The notes beneath the pieces are model-generated. The model had not been told where the DNA came from. It saw nothing but the letters and a program-made list of their open reading frames with translations, and did not search any database. The translations under genes and the position numbers were made by a program. From Tubulanus polymorphus (taxonomy: Eukaryota > Animalia > Nemertea): DNA of 64,000 bases. The stretch lies in assembly GCF_964204645.1 (NCBI RefSeq), contig NC_134025.1, forward strand, positions 31,999,561 to 32,063,560. The letters run 5' to 3'. Positions 13,601-28,400 of this stretch are shown here, in pieces. Each line of letters begins with the position of its first letter. Position 1 is the stretch's first letter.

Positions 13601-16120
13601 AACTGATTTCAAATAGATAGGTGGAAAGATTAAGAATTTTCTGGCTATTTATGCTCCTGAAGATGATGGACTCGATCTGAAATGATAGGTTAAGGTAAAC
13701 TGAACTGATTTCGAGTAGATGGACTGAAAGATACAGATTTTTCTTGCAAAATAGGGTCCTAAAGATGATGAATTCTATCTTAATTGATGGGTTAGGGTGA
13801 ACTGAACTGATTTCAAATAGATAGGTGGATAGAATCAGAATTTTCTGGCTGCCTTTGGTTCTGAAGATGATGGACTTAATCTGAAAAGATGGGCTAAGGC
13901 GAATTGAACTGATTTCAAATAGATAGGTGGAAAGATTAAGAATTTTCTGGCTATTTATGCTCCTGAAGATGATGGACTCGATCTGAAATGATAGGTTAAG
14001 GTAAACTGAACTGATTTCGAGTAGATGGACTGAAAGATACAGATTTTTCTTGCAAAATAGGGTCCTAAAGATGATGAATTCTATCTTAATTGATGGGTTA
14101 GGGTGTACTGAACTGATTTCAAATAGATAGGTTGAAAGAATCAGAATTTTCTGGCTGCTTTTGGTTCTGAAGATGATGGATTCAATCTGAAAAGATGCGT
14201 TAAGGCGTATTGAACTGATTTCAAATAGATAGGTGGAAAGATTAAGAATTTTCTGGCTATTTATGCTCCTGAAGATGATGGACTCGATCTGAAATGATAG
14301 GTTAAGGTAAACTGAACTGATTTCGAGTAGATGGACTTAAAGATGCAGATTTTTCTTGCAAAATAGGGTCCTAAAGATGATGAGTTCTATCTTAATTGAT
14401 GGGTTAGGGTGTACTGAACTGATTTCAAATAGATAGGTTGAAAGATTAAGAATTTTCTGGCTATTTATGCTCCTGAAGATGATGGACTCGATCTGAAATG
14501 ATAGGTTAAGGTAAACTGAACTGATTTCGAGCAGATGGACTGAAAGATACAGATTTTTCTTGCAAAATAGGGTCCTAAAGATGATGAATTCTATCTTAAT
14601 TGATGGGTTAGGGTGAACTGAACTGATTTCAAATAGATAGGTGGAAAGAATCAGAATTTTCTGGCTGCCTTTGGTTCTGAAGATGATGGACTCAATCTGA
14701 AAAGATGGGCTAAGGCGTATTGAACTGATTTCAAATAGATAGGTGTAAAGATTAAGAATTTTCTGGCTATTTATGCTCCTGAAGATGAAGGACTCGATCT
14801 GAAATGATAGGTTAAGGTAAACTGAACTGATTTCGAGTAGATGGACTGAAAGATACAGATTTTGCTTGCAAAATAGGGTCCTAAAGATGATGAATTCTAT
14901 CTTAATTGATGGGTTAGGGTGAACTGAACTGATTTCAAATAGATAGGTTGAAAGAATCAGAATTTTCTGGCTGCTTTTGGTTCTGAAGATGATGGATTCA
15001 ATCTGAAAAGATGTGTTAAGGCGTATTGAACTGATTTCAAATAGATAGGTGGAAAGAATCAGAATTTTCTGGCTGCTTTTGGTTCTGAAGATGATGGATT
15101 CAATCTGAAAAGATGTGTTAAGGCGTATTGAACTGATTTCAAATAGATAGGTGGAAAGATTAAGAATTTTCTGGCTATTTATGCTCCTGAAGATGATAAA
15201 CTCGATCTGAAATGATAGGTTAAGGTAAACTGAATTGATTTCGAGTAGATGGACTGAAAGATACAGATTTTTCTTGCAAAATAGGGTCCTAAAGATGATG
15301 AATTCTATCTTAATTGATGGGTTAGGGTGTACTGAACTGATTTCAAATAGATAGGTTGAAAGAATCAGAATTTTCTGGCTGCTTTTGGTTCTGAAGATGA
15401 TGGATTCAATCTGAAAAGATGTGTTAAGGCGTATTGAACTGATTTCAAATAGATAGGTGGAAAGATTAAGAATTTTCTGGCTATTTATGCTCCTGAAGAT
15501 GATGGACTCGATCTGAAATGATAGGTTAAGGTAAACTGAACTGATTTCGAGCAGATGGACTGAAAGATACAGATTTTTCTTGCAAAATAGGGTCCTAAAG
15601 ATGATGAATTCTATCTTAATTGATGGGTTAGGGTGTACTGAACTGATTTCAAATAGATAGGTTGAAAGAATCAAAATTTTCTGGCTGCCTTTGGTTCTCA
15701 AGATGATGGACTCAATCTGAAAAGATGGGCTAAGGCGTATTGAACTGATTTCAAATAGATAGGTGGAAAGATTAAGAATTTTCTGGCTATTTATGCTCCT
15801 GAAGATGATGGACTCGATCTGAAATGATAGGTTAAGGTAAACTGAACTGATTTCGAGTAGATGGACTGAAAGATACAGATTTTTCTTGCAAAATAGGGTC
15901 CTAAAGATGATGAATTCTATCTTAATTGATGGGTTAGGGTGAACTGAACTGATTTCAAATAGATAGGTGGATAGAATCAGAATTTTCTGGCTGCCTTTGG
16001 TTCTGAAGATGATGGACTCAATCTGAAAAGATGGGCTAAGGCGAATTGAACTGATTTCAAATAGATAGGTGGAAAGATTAAGAATTTTCTGGCTATTTAT
16101 GCTCCTGAAGATGATGGACT
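1620..16120 (+). repeat. Higher-order repeats with 4689-bp period (46 monomers minus 3 bp): ~1620-5700 to ~6310-10390 and ~8760-11430 to ~13450-16120
   Basis: ORF pairs 3032/7721, 3759/8448 and 9648/14337 are all offset by 4689; variants tttatggc, gaacgattatg and ttttgcttg recur at this offset. Boundaries are approximate. Confidence 0.88.
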
Positions 16121-19100
16121 CGATCTAAAATGATAGGTTAAGGTAAACTGAACTGATTTCGAGTAGATGGACTGAAAGATACAGATTTTTCTTGCAAAAT
16201 AGGGTCCTAAAGATGATGAATTCTATCTTAATTGATGGGTTAGGGTGTACTGAACTGATTTCAAATAGATAGGTTGAAAGAATCAGAATTTTCTGGCTGC
16301 TTTTGGTTCTGAAGATGATGGATTCAATCTGAAAAGATGTGTTAAGGCGTATTGAACTGATTTAAAATAGATAGGTGGAAAGATTAAGAATTTTCTGGCT
16401 ATTTATGCTCCTGAAGATGATGGACTCAATCTGAAATGATAGGTTAAGGTAAACTGAACTGATTTCGAGTAGATGGACTTAAAGATACAGATTTTTCTTG
16501 CAAAATAGGGTCCTAAAGATGATGAGTTCTATCTTAATTGATGGGTTAGGGTGTACTGAACTGATTTCAAATAGATAGGTTGAAAGATTAAGAATTTTCT
16601 GGCTATTTATGCTCCTGAAGATGATGGACTCGATCTGAAATGATAGGTTAAGGTAAACTGAACTGATTTCGAGCAGATGGACTGAAAGATACAGATTTTT
16701 CTTGCAAAATAGGGTCCTAAAGATGATGAATTCTATCTTAATTGATGGGTTAGGGTGAACTGAACTGATTTCAAATAGATAGGTGGAAAGAATCAGAATT
16801 TTCTGGCTGCCTTTGGTTCTGAAGATGATGGACTCAATCTGAAAAGATGGGCTAAGGCGTATTGAACTGATTTCAAATAGATAGGTGTAAAGATTAAGAA
16901 TTTTCTGGCTATTTATGCTCCTGAAGATGAAGGACTCGATCTGAAATGATAGGTTAAGGTAAACTGAACTGATTTCGAGTAGATGGACTGAAAGATACAG
17001 ATTTTTCTTGCAAAATAGGGTCCTAAAGATGATGAGTTCTATCTTAATTGATGGGTTAGGGTGAACTGAACTGATTTCAAATAGATAGGTTGAAAGAATC
17101 AGAATTTTATGGCTGCTTTTGGTTCTGAAGATGATGGATTCAATCTGAAAAGATGGGCTAAGGCGTATTGAACTGATTTCAAATAGATAGGTGGAAAGAT
17201 TAAGAATTTTCTGGCTATTTATGCTCCTGAAGATGATGGACTCGATCTGAAATGATAGGTTAAGGTAAACTGAATTGATTTCGAGTAGATGGATTGATAG
17301 ATACAGATTTTTCTTGCAAAATAGGGTCCTAAAGATGATGAATTCTATCTTAATTGATCGGTTAGGGTGTACTGAACTGATTTCAAATAGATAGGTTGAA
17401 AGAATCAGAATTTTCTGGCTGCTTTTGGTTCTGAAGATGATGGATTCAATCTGAAAAGATGTGTTAAGGCGTATTGAACTGATTTAAAATAGATAGGTGG
17501 AAAGATTCAGAATTTTCTGGCTATTTATGCTCCTGAAGATGATGGACTCGATCTGAAATGATAGGTTAAGGTAAACTGAACTGATTTCGAGTAGATGGAC
17601 TGAAAGATACAGATTTTTCTTGCAAAATAGGGTCCTAAAGATGATGAATTCTATCTTAATTGATGGGTTAGGGTGAACTGAACTGATTTCAAATAGATAG
17701 GTTAAAAGAATCAGAATTTTCTGGCTGCTTTTGGTTCTGAAGATGATGGATTCAATCTGAAAAGATGGGCTAAGGCGTATTGAACTGATTTCAAATAGAT
17801 AGGTGGAAAGATTAAGAATTTTCTGGCTATTTATGCTCCTGAAGATGATTGACTCGATCTGAAATGATAGGTTAGGTAGACTGAACTGATTTCGAGTAGA
17901 TGGACTGAAAGATACAGATTTTTCTTGCAAAATAGGGTCCTAAAGATGATGAGTTCTATCTTAATTGATGGGTTAGGGTGTACTGAACTGATTTCAAATA
18001 GATAGGTTGAAAGAATCAGAATTTTCTGGTTGCTTTTGGTTCTGAAGATGATGGATTCAATCTGAAAAGGTGTTAAGGCGTATTGAACTGATTTCAAATA
18101 GATAGGTGCAAAGATTAAGAATTTTTTAGCTATTTATGCTCCTGAAGACGATGGACTCGATCTGAAATGATAGGTTAAGGTAGACTGAACTGATTCTGAA
18201 TAGATGGACTGAAAGATACAGATTTTTCTTGCAAAATAGGGTCCTAAAGATGATGAGTTCTATCTTAATTGATGGCTTAGGGTGTACTGAACTGATTTCA
18301 AATAGATAGGTGGAAAGATTAAGAATTTTCTGGCTATTTATGCTCCTGAAGATGATGGACTCGATCTGAAATGATAGGTTAAGGTAAACTGAACTGATTT
18401 CGGGTAGATGGACTGAAAGATACAGATTTTTCTTGCAAAATAGGGTCCTAAAGATGATGAATTCTATCTTAATTGATGGGTTAGGGTGTACTGAACTGAT
18501 TTCAAATAGATAGGTTGAAAGAATCAGAATTTTCTGGCTGCCTTTGGTTCTCAAGATGATGGACTCAATCTGAAAAGATGGGCTAAGGCGTATTGAACTG
18601 ATTTCAAATAGATAGGTGGAAAGATTAAGAATTTTCTGGCTATTTATGCTCCTGAAGATGATGGACTCGATCTGAAATGATAGGTTAAGGTAAACTGAAC
18701 TGATTTCGAGTAGATGGACTGAAAGATACAGATTTTTCTTGCAAAATAGGGTCCTAAAGATGATGAATTCTATCTTAATTGATGGGTTAGGGGGAACTGA
18801 ACTGATTTCAAATAGATAGGTGGATAGAATCAGAATTTTCTGGCTGCCTTTGGTTCTGAAGATGATGGACTTAATCTGAAAAGATGGGCTAAGGCGAATT
18901 GAACTGATTTCAAATAGATAGGTGGAAAGATTAAGAATTTTCTGGCTATTTATGCTCCTGAAGATGATGGACTCGATCTGAAATGATAGGTTAAGGTAAA
19001 CTGAACTGATTTCGAGTAGATGGACTGAAAGATACAGATTTTTCTTGCAAAATAGGGTCCTAAAGATGATGAATTCTATCTTAATTGATGGGTTAGGGTG

Positions 19101-19185
19101 TACTGAACTGATTTCAAATAGATAGGTTGAAAGAATCAGAATTTTCTGGCTGCTTTTGGTTCTGAAGATGATGGATTCAATCTGA
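11400..19185 (+). repeat. Higher-order duplication, offset 4995 bp (4689 + one 306-bp trimer)
   Basis: ORF pairs 12489/17484, 12836/17831 and 13131/18126; shared rare variants gatcggtta, aaaggtgtt and gatggcttag. Confidence 0.88.
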
Positions 19186-19214
19186 AAAGATCTGTTAAGG
19201 CGTATTGAACTGAT

Positions 19215-22200
19215 TTAAAATAGATAGGTGGAAAGATTAAGAATTTTCTGGCTATTTATGCTCCTGAAGATGATGGACTCGATCTGAAATGATAGGTTAA
19301 GGTAAACTGAACTGATTTCGAGTAGATGGACTGAAAGATACAGATTTTTCTTGCAAAATAGGGTCCTAAAGATGATGAGTTCTATCTTAATTGATGGGTT
19401 AGGGTGTACTGAACTGATTTCAAATAGATAGGTGGAAAGATTAAGAATTTTCTGGCTATTTATGCTCCTGCAGATGATGGACTCGATCTGAAATGATAGG
19501 TTAAGGTAAACTGAACTGATTTCGAGCAGATGGACTGAAAGATACAGATTTTTCTTGCAAAATAGGGTCCTAAAGATGATGAATTCTATCTTAATTGATG
19601 GGTTAGGGTGTACTGAACTGATTTCAAATAGATAGGTTGAAAGAATCAGAATTTTCTGGCTGCCTTTGGTTCTCAAGATGATGGACTCAATCTGAAAAGA
19701 TGGGCTAAGGCGTATTGAACTGATTTCAAATAGATAGGTGGAAAGATTAAGAATTTTCTGGCTATTTATGCTCCTGAAGATGATGGACTCGATCTGAAAT
19801 GATAGGTTAAGGTAAACTGAACTGATTTCGAGTAGATGGACTGAAAGATACAGATTTTTCTTGCAAAATAGGGTCCTAAAGATGATGAGTTCTATCTTAA
19901 TTGATGGGTTAGGGTGAACTGAACTGATTTCAAATAGATAGGTGGATAGAATCAGAATTTTCTGGCTGCCTTTGGTTCTGAAGATGATGGACTCAATCTG
20001 AAAAGATGGGCTAAGGCGAATTGAACTGATTTCAAATAGATAGGTGGAAAGATTAAGAATTTTCTGGCTATTTATGCTCCTGAAGATGATGGACTCGATC
20101 TGAAATGATAGGTTAAGGTAAACTGAACTGATTTCGAGTAGATGGACTGAAAGATACAGATTTTTCTTGCAAAATAGGGTCTTAAAGATGATGAATTTTA
20201 TCTTAATTGATGGGTTAGGGTGTACTGAACTGATTTCAAATAGATAGGTTGAAAGAATCAGAATTTTCTGGCTGCTTTTGGTTCTGAAGATGATGGATTC
20301 AATCTGAAAAGATGTGTTAAGGCGTATTGAACTGATTTCAAATAGATAGGTGGAAAGATTAAGAATTTTCTGGCTATTTATGCTCCTGAAGATGATGGAC
20401 TCGTTCTGAAATGATAGGTTAGGTAGACTGAACTGATTTCGAGTAGATGGACTGAAAGATACAGATTTTTCTTGCAAAATAGGGTCCTAAAGATGATGAA
20501 TTCTATCTTAATTGATGGGTTAGGGTGTACTGAACTGATTTCAAATAGATAGGTGGAAAGATTAAGAATTTTCTGGCTATTTATGCTCCTGAAGATGATG
20601 GACTCGATCTGAAATGATAGGTTAAGGCAAACTGAACTGATTTCGAGTAGATGGACTGAAAGATACAGATTTTTCTTGCAAAATAGGGTCCTAAAGATGA
20701 TGAGTTCTATCTTAATTGATGGGTTAGGGTGTACTGAACTGATTTCAAATAGATAGGTGGAAAGATTAAGAATTTTCTGGCTATTTATGCTCCTGAAGAT
20801 GATGGACTCGATCTGAAATGATAGGTTAAGGAAAACTGATATGATTTCGAGTAGATGGACTGAAAGATACAGATTTTTCTTGCAAAATAGGGTCCTAAAG
20901 ATGATGAATTCTATCTTAATTGATGGGTTAGGGTGTACTGAACTGATTTCAAATAGATAGGTTGAAAGAATCAGAATTTTCTGGCTGCTTTTGGTTCTGA
21001 AGATGATGGATTCAATCTGAAAAGATGTGTTAAGGCGTATTGAACTGATTTCAAATAGATAGGTGGAAAGATTAAGAATTTTCTGGCTATTTATGCTCCT
21101 GAAGATGATGGACTCGATCTGAAATGATAGGTTAAGGTAAACTGAACTGATTTCGAGTAGATGGACTGAAAGATACAGATTTTTCTTGCAAAATAGGGTC
21201 CTAAAGATGATGAGTTCTATCTTAATTGATGGGTTAGGGTGTACTGAACTGATTTCAAATAGATAGGTGGAAAGATTAAGAATTTTCTGGCTATTTATGC
21301 TCCTGCAGATGATGGACTCGATCTGAAATGATAGGTTAAGGTAAACTGAACTGATTTCGAGCAGATGGACTGAAAGATACAGATTTTTCTTGCAAAATAG
21401 GGTCCTAAAGATGATGAATTCTATCTTAATTGATGGGTTAGGGTGTACTGAACTGATTTCAAATAGATAGGTTGAAAGAATCAGAATTTTCTGGCTGCCT
21501 TTGGTTCTCAAGATGATGGACTCAATCTGAAAAGATGGGCTAAGGCGTATTGAACTGATTTCAAATAGATAGGTGGAAAGATTAAGAATTTTCTGGCTAT
21601 TTATGCTCCTGAAGATGATGGACTCGATCTGAAATGATAGGTTAAGGTAAACTGAACTGATTTCGAGTAGATGGACTGAAAGATACAGATTTTTCTTGCA
21701 AAATAGGGTCCTAAAGATGATGAGTTCTATCTTAATTGATGGGTTAGGGTGAACTGAACTGATTTCAAATAGATAGGTGGATAAAATCAGAATTTTCTGG
21801 CTGCCTTTGGTTCTGAAGATGATGGACTCAATCTGAAAAGATGGGCTAAGGCGAATTGAACTGATTTCAAATAGATAGGTGGACAGATTAAGAATTTTCT
21901 GGCTATTTATGCTCCTGAAGATGATGGACTCGATCTGAAATGATAGGTTAAGGTAAACTGAACTGATTTCGAGTAGATGGACTGAAAGATACAGATTTTT
22001 CTTGCAAAATAGGGTCTTAAAGATGATGAATTTTATCTTAATTGATGGGTTAGGGTGTACTGAACTGATTTCAAATAGATAGGTTGAAAGAATCAGAATT
22101 TTCTGGCTGCTTTTGGTTCTGAAGATGATGGATTCAATCTGAAAAGATGTGTCAAGGCGTATTGAACTGATTTCAAATAGATAGGTGGAAAGATTAAGAA

Positions 22201-25200
22201 TTTTCTGGCTATTTATGCTCCTGAAGATGATGGACTCGTTCTGAAATGATAGGTTAGGTAGACTGAACTGATTTCGAGTAGATGGACTGAAAGATACAGA
22301 TTTTTCTTGCAAAATAGGGTCCTAAAGATGATGAATTCTATCTTAATTGATGGGTTAGGGTGTACTGAACTGATTTCAAATAGATAGGTGGAAAGATTAA
22401 GAATTTTCTGGCTATTTATGCTCCTGAAGATGATGGACTCGATCTGAAATGATAGGTTAAGGAAAACTGAAATGATTTCGAGTAGATGGACTGAAAGATA
22501 CAGATTTTTCTTGCAAAATAGGGTCCTAAAGATGATGAATTCTATCTTAATTGATGGGTTAGGGTGTACTGAACTGATTTCAAATAGATAGGTTGAAAGA
22601 ATCAGAATTTTCTGGCTGCTTTTGGTTCTGAAGATGATGGATTCAATCTGAAAAGATGTGTTAAGGCGTATTGAACTGATTTCAAATAGATAGGTGGAAA
22701 GATTAAGAATTTTCTGGCTATTTATGCTCCTGAAGATGATGGACTCATCTGAAATGATAGGTTAAGGTAAACTGAACTGATTTCGAGTAGATGGACTGAA
22801 AGATACAGATTTTTCTTGCAAAATAGGGTCCTAAAGATGATGAGTTCTATCTTAATTGATGGGTTAGGGTGTACTGAACTGATTTCAAATAGATAGGTGG
22901 AAAGATTAAGAATTTTCTGGCTATTTATGCTCCTGAAGATGATGGACTCGATCTGAAATGATAGGTTAAGGTAAATTGAACTGATTTAGAGCAGATGGAC
23001 TGAAAGATACAGATTTTTCTTGCAAAATAGGGTCCTAAAGATGATGAGTTCTATCTTAATTGATGGGTTAGGGTGAACTGAACTGATTTCAAATAGATAG
23101 GTTGAAAGAATCAGAATTTTATGGCTGCTTTTGGTTCTGAAGATGATGGATTCAATCTGAAAAGATGGGCTAAGGCGTATTGAACTGATTTCAAATAGAT
23201 AGGTGGAAAGATTAAGAATTTTCTGGCTATTTATGCTCCTGAAGATGATGGACTCGATCTGAAATGATAGGTTAAGGTAAACTGAATTGATTTCGAGTAG
23301 ATGGACTGATAGATACAGATTTTTCTTGCAAAATAGGGTCCTAAAGATGATGAATTCTATCTTAATTGATGGGTTAGGGTGTACTGAACTGATTTCAAAT
23401 AGATAGGTTGAAAGAATCAGAATTTTCTGGCTGCTTTTGGTTCTGAAGATGATGGATTCAATCTGAATAGATGTGTTAAGGCGTATTGAACTGATTTCAA
23501 ATAGATAGGTGGAAAGATTCAGAATTTTCTGGCTATTTATGCTCCTGAAGATGATGGACTCGATCTGAAATGATAGGTTAAGGTAAACTGAACTGATTTC
23601 GAGTAGATGGACTGAAAGATACAGATTTTTCTTGCAAAATAGGGTCTTAAAGATGATGAATTTTATCTTAATTGATGGGTTAGGGTGTACTGAACTGATT
23701 TCAAATAGATAGGTTGAAAGAATCAGAATTTTCTGGCTGCTTTTGGTTCTGAAGATGATGGATTCAATCTGAAAAGATGTGTTAAGGCGTATTGAACTGA
23801 TTTCAAATAGATAGGTGGAAAGATTAAGAATTTTCTGGCTATTTATGCTCCTGAAGATGATGGACTCGTTCTGAAATGATAGGTTAGGTAGACTGAACTG
23901 ATTTCGAGTAGATGGACTGAAAGATACAGATTTTTCTTGCAAAATAGGGTCCTAAAGATGATGAATTCTATCTTAATTGATGGGTTAGGGTGTACTGAAC
24001 TGATTTCAAATAGATAGGTGGAAAGATTAAGAATTTTCTGGCTATTTATGCTCCTGAAGATGATGGACTCGATCTGAAATGATAGGTTAAGGTAAACTGA
24101 ACTGATTTCGAGTAGATGGACTGAAAGATACAGATTTTTCTTGCAAAATAGGGTCCTAAAGATGATGAGTTCTATCTTAATTGATGGGTTAGGGTGTACT
24201 GAACTGATTTCAAATAGATAGGTGGAATGATTAAGAATTTTCTGGCTATTTATGCTCCTGAAGATGATGGACTCGATCTGAAATGATCGGTTAAGGAAAA
24301 CTGAAATGATTTCGAGTAGATGGACTGAAAGATACAGATTTTTCTTGCAAAATAGGGTCCTAAAGATGATGAATTCTATCTTAATTGATGGGTTAGGGTG
24401 TACTGAACTGATTTCAAATAGATAGGTTGAAAGAATCAGAATTTTCTGGCTGCTTTTGGTTCTGAAGATGATGGATTCAATCTGAAAAGATGTGTTAAGG
24501 CGTATTGAACTTATTTCAAATAGATAGGTGGAAAGATTAAGAATTTTCTGGCTATTTATGCTCCTGAAGATGATGGACTCATCTGAAATGATAGGTTAAG
24601 GTAAACTGAACTGATTTCGAGTAGATGGACTGAAAGATACAGATTTTTCTTGCAAAATAGGGTCCTAAAGATGATGAGTTCTATCTTAATTGATGGGTTA
24701 GGGTGTACTGAACTGATTTCAAATAGATAGGTGGAAAGATTAAGAATTTTCTGGCTATTTATGCTCCTGAAGATGATGGACTCGATCTGAAATGATAGGT
24801 TAAGGTAAATTGAACTGATTTAGAGCAGATGGACTGAAAGATACAGATTTTTCTTGCAAAATAGGGTCCTAAAGATGATGAGTTCTATCTTAATTGATGG
24901 GTTAGGGTGAACTGAACTGATTTCAAATAGATAGGTTGAAAGAATCAGAATTTTATGGCTGCTTTTGGTTCTGAAGATGATGGATTCAATCTGAAAAGAT
25001 GGGCTAAGGCGTATTGAACTGATTTCAAATAGATAGGTGGAAAGATTAAGAATTTTCTGGCTATTTATGCTCCTGAAGATGATGGACTCGATCTGAAATG
25101 ATAGGTTAAGGTAAACTGAATTGATTTCGAGTAGATGGACTGATAGATACAGATTTTTCTTGCAAAATAGGGTCCTAAAGATGATGAATTCTATCTTAAT

Positions 25201-25474
25201 TGATGGGTTAGGGTGTACTGAACTGATTTCAAATAGATAGGTTGAAAGAATCAGAATTTTCTGGCTGCTTTTGGTTCTGAAGATGATGGATTCAATCTGA
25301 AAAGATGTGTTAAGGCGTATTGAACTGATTTCAAATAGATAGGTGGAAAGATTCAGAATTTTCTGGCTATTTATGCTCCTGAAGATGATGGACTCGATCT
25401 GAAATGATAGGTTAAGGTAAACTGAACTGATTTCGAGTAGATGGACTGAAAGATACAGATTTTTCTTGCAAAAT
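19215..25474 (+). repeat. 18-monomer higher-order repeats (periods 1835 and 1834 bp)
   Basis: ORF starts 20477/22312 (1835) and ORFs 22986/24820 (1834); variants cctgcagat, gtcttaaag, ggactcatct and aaattgaactgatttaga recur accordingly. Confidence 0.85.
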
Positions 25475-28400
25475 AGGGTCCTAAAGATGATGAATTCTAT
25501 CTTAATTGATGGGTTAGGGTGAACTGAACTGATTTCAAATAGATAGGTTAAAAGAATCAGAATTTTCTGGCTGCTTTTGGTTCTGAAGATGATGGATTCA
25601 ATCTGAAAAGATGGGCTAAGGCGTATTGAACTGATTTCAAATAGATAGGTGGAAAGATTAAGAATTTTCTGGCTATTTATGCTCCTGAAGATGATTGACT
25701 CGATCTGAAATGATAGGTTAGGTAGACTGAACTGATTTCGAGTAGATGGACTGAAAGATACAGATTTTTCTTGCAAAATAGGGTCCTAAAGATGATGAGT
25801 TCTATCTTAATTGATGGGTTAGGGTGTACTGAACTGATTTCAAATAGATAGGTTGAAAGAATCAGAATTTTCTGGTTGCTTTTGGTTCTGAAGATGATGG
25901 ATTCAATCTGAAAAGATGTGTTAAGGCGTATTGAACTGATTTCAAATAGATAGGTGCAAAGATTAAGAATTTTTTAGCTATTTATGCTCCTGAAGACGAT
26001 GGACTCGATCTGAAATGATAGGTTAAGGTAGACTGAACTGATTCTGAATAGATGGACTTAAAGATACAGATTTTTCTTGCAAAATAGGGTCCTAAAGATG
26101 ATGAGTTCTATCTTAATTGATGGGTTAGGGTGTACTGAACTGATTTCAAATAGATAGGTGGAAAGATTAAGAATTTTCTGGCTATTTATGCTCCTGAAGA
26201 TGATGGACTCGATCTGAAATGATAGGTTAAGGTAAACTGAACTGATTTCGAGTAGATGGACTGAAAGATACAGATTTTTCTTGCAAAATAGGGTCCTAAA
26301 GATGATGAGTTCTATCTTAATTGATGGGTTAGGGTGTACTGAACTGATTTCAAATAGATAGGTGGAAAGATTAAGAATTTTCTGGCTATTTATGCTCCTG
26401 AAGATGATGGACTCGATCTGAAATGATAGGTTAAGGAAAACTGAAATGATTTCGAGTAGATGGACTGAAAGATACAGATTTTTTTTGCAAAATAGGGTCC
26501 TAAAGATGATGAATTCTATCTTAATTGATGGGTTAGGGTGTACTGAACTGATTTCAAATAGATAGGTTGAAAGAATCAGAATTTTCTGGCTCATTTTGGT
26601 TCTGAAGATGATGGATTCAATCTGAAAAGATGTGTTAAGGCGTATTGAACTGATTTCAAATAGATAGGTGGAAAGATTAAGAATTTTCTGGCTATTTATG
26701 CTCCTGAAGATGATGGACTCATCTGAAATGATAGGTTAAGGTAAACTGAACTGATTTCGAGTAGATGGACTGAAAGATACAGATTTTTCTTGCAAAATAG
26801 GGTCCTAAAGATGATGAGTTCTATCTTAATTGATGGGTTAGGGTGTACTGAACTGATTTCAAATAGATAGGTGGAAAGATTAAGAATTTTCTGGCTATTT
26901 ATGCTCCTGAAGATGATGGACTCGATCTGAAATGATAGGTTAAGGTAAATTGAACTGATTTAGAGCAGATGGACTGAAAGATACAGATTTTTCTTGCAAA
27001 ATAGGGTCCTAAAGATGATGAATTCTATCTTAATTGATGGGTTAGGGTGAACTGAACTGATTTCAAATAGATAGGTGGAAAGAATCAGAATTTTCTGGCT
27101 GCCTTTGGTTCTGAAGATGATGGACTCAATCTGAAAAGATGGGCTAAGGCGTATTGAACTGATTTCAAATAGATAGGTGGAAAGATTCAGAATTTTCTGG
27201 CTGCTTTTGGTTCTGAAGATGATGGATTCAATCTGAAAAGATGTGTTAAGGCGCATTGAACTGATTTCAAATAGATAGGTGGAAAGATTAAGAATTTTCT
27301 GGCTATTTATGCTCCTGAAGATGATGGACTCGATCTGAAATGATAGGTTAAGGTAAACTGAACTGATTTCGAGTAGATGGACAGAAAGATACAGATTTTT
27401 CTTGCAAAATAGGGTCCTAAAGATGATGAGTTCTATCTTAATTGATGGGTTAGGGTGTACTGAACTGATTTCAAATAGATAGGTGGAAAGATTAAGAATT
27501 TTCTGGCTATTTATGCTCCTGAAGATGATGGACTCGATCTGAAACGATAGGTTAAGGTAAACTGAACTGATTTCGAGCAGATGGACTGAAAGATACAGAT
27601 TTTTCTTGCAAAATAGGGTCCTAAAGATAATGAATTCTATCTTAATTGATGGGTTAGGGTGTACTGAACTGATTTCAAATAGATAGGTTGAAAGAATCAG
27701 AATTTTCTGTCTGCCTTTGGTTCTCAAGATGATGGACTCAATCTGAAAAGATGGGCTAAGGCGTATTGAACTGATTTCAAATAGATAGGTGGAAAGATTA
27801 AGAATTTTCTGGCTATTTATGCTCCTGAAGATGATGGACTCGATCTGAAATGATAGGTTAAGGTAAACTGAACTGATTTCGAGTAGATGGACTGAAAGAT
27901 ACAGATTTTTCTTGCAAAATAGGGTCCTAAAGATGATGAATTCTATCTTAATTGATGGGTTAGGGTGAACTGAACTGATTTCAAATAGATAGGTGGATAG
28001 AATCAGAATTTTCTGGCTGCCTTTGGTTCTGAAGATGATGGACTCAATCTGAAAAGATGGGCTAAGTCGAATTGAACTGATTTCAAATAGATAGGTGGAA
28101 AGATTAAGAATTTTCTGGCTATTTATGCTCCTGAAGATGATGGACTCGTTCTGAAATGATAGGTTAGGTAGACTGAACTGATTTCGAGTAGATGGACTGA
28201 AAGATACAGATTTTTCTTGCAAAATAGGGTCCTAAAGATGATGAGTTCTATCTTAATTGATGGGTTAGGGTGTACTGAACTGATTTCAAATAGATAGGTG
28301 GAAAGATTAAGAATTTTCTGGTTATTTATGCTCCTGAAGATGATGGACTCGATCTGAAATGATAGGTTAAGGTAAACTGAACTGATTTCGAGTAGATGGA

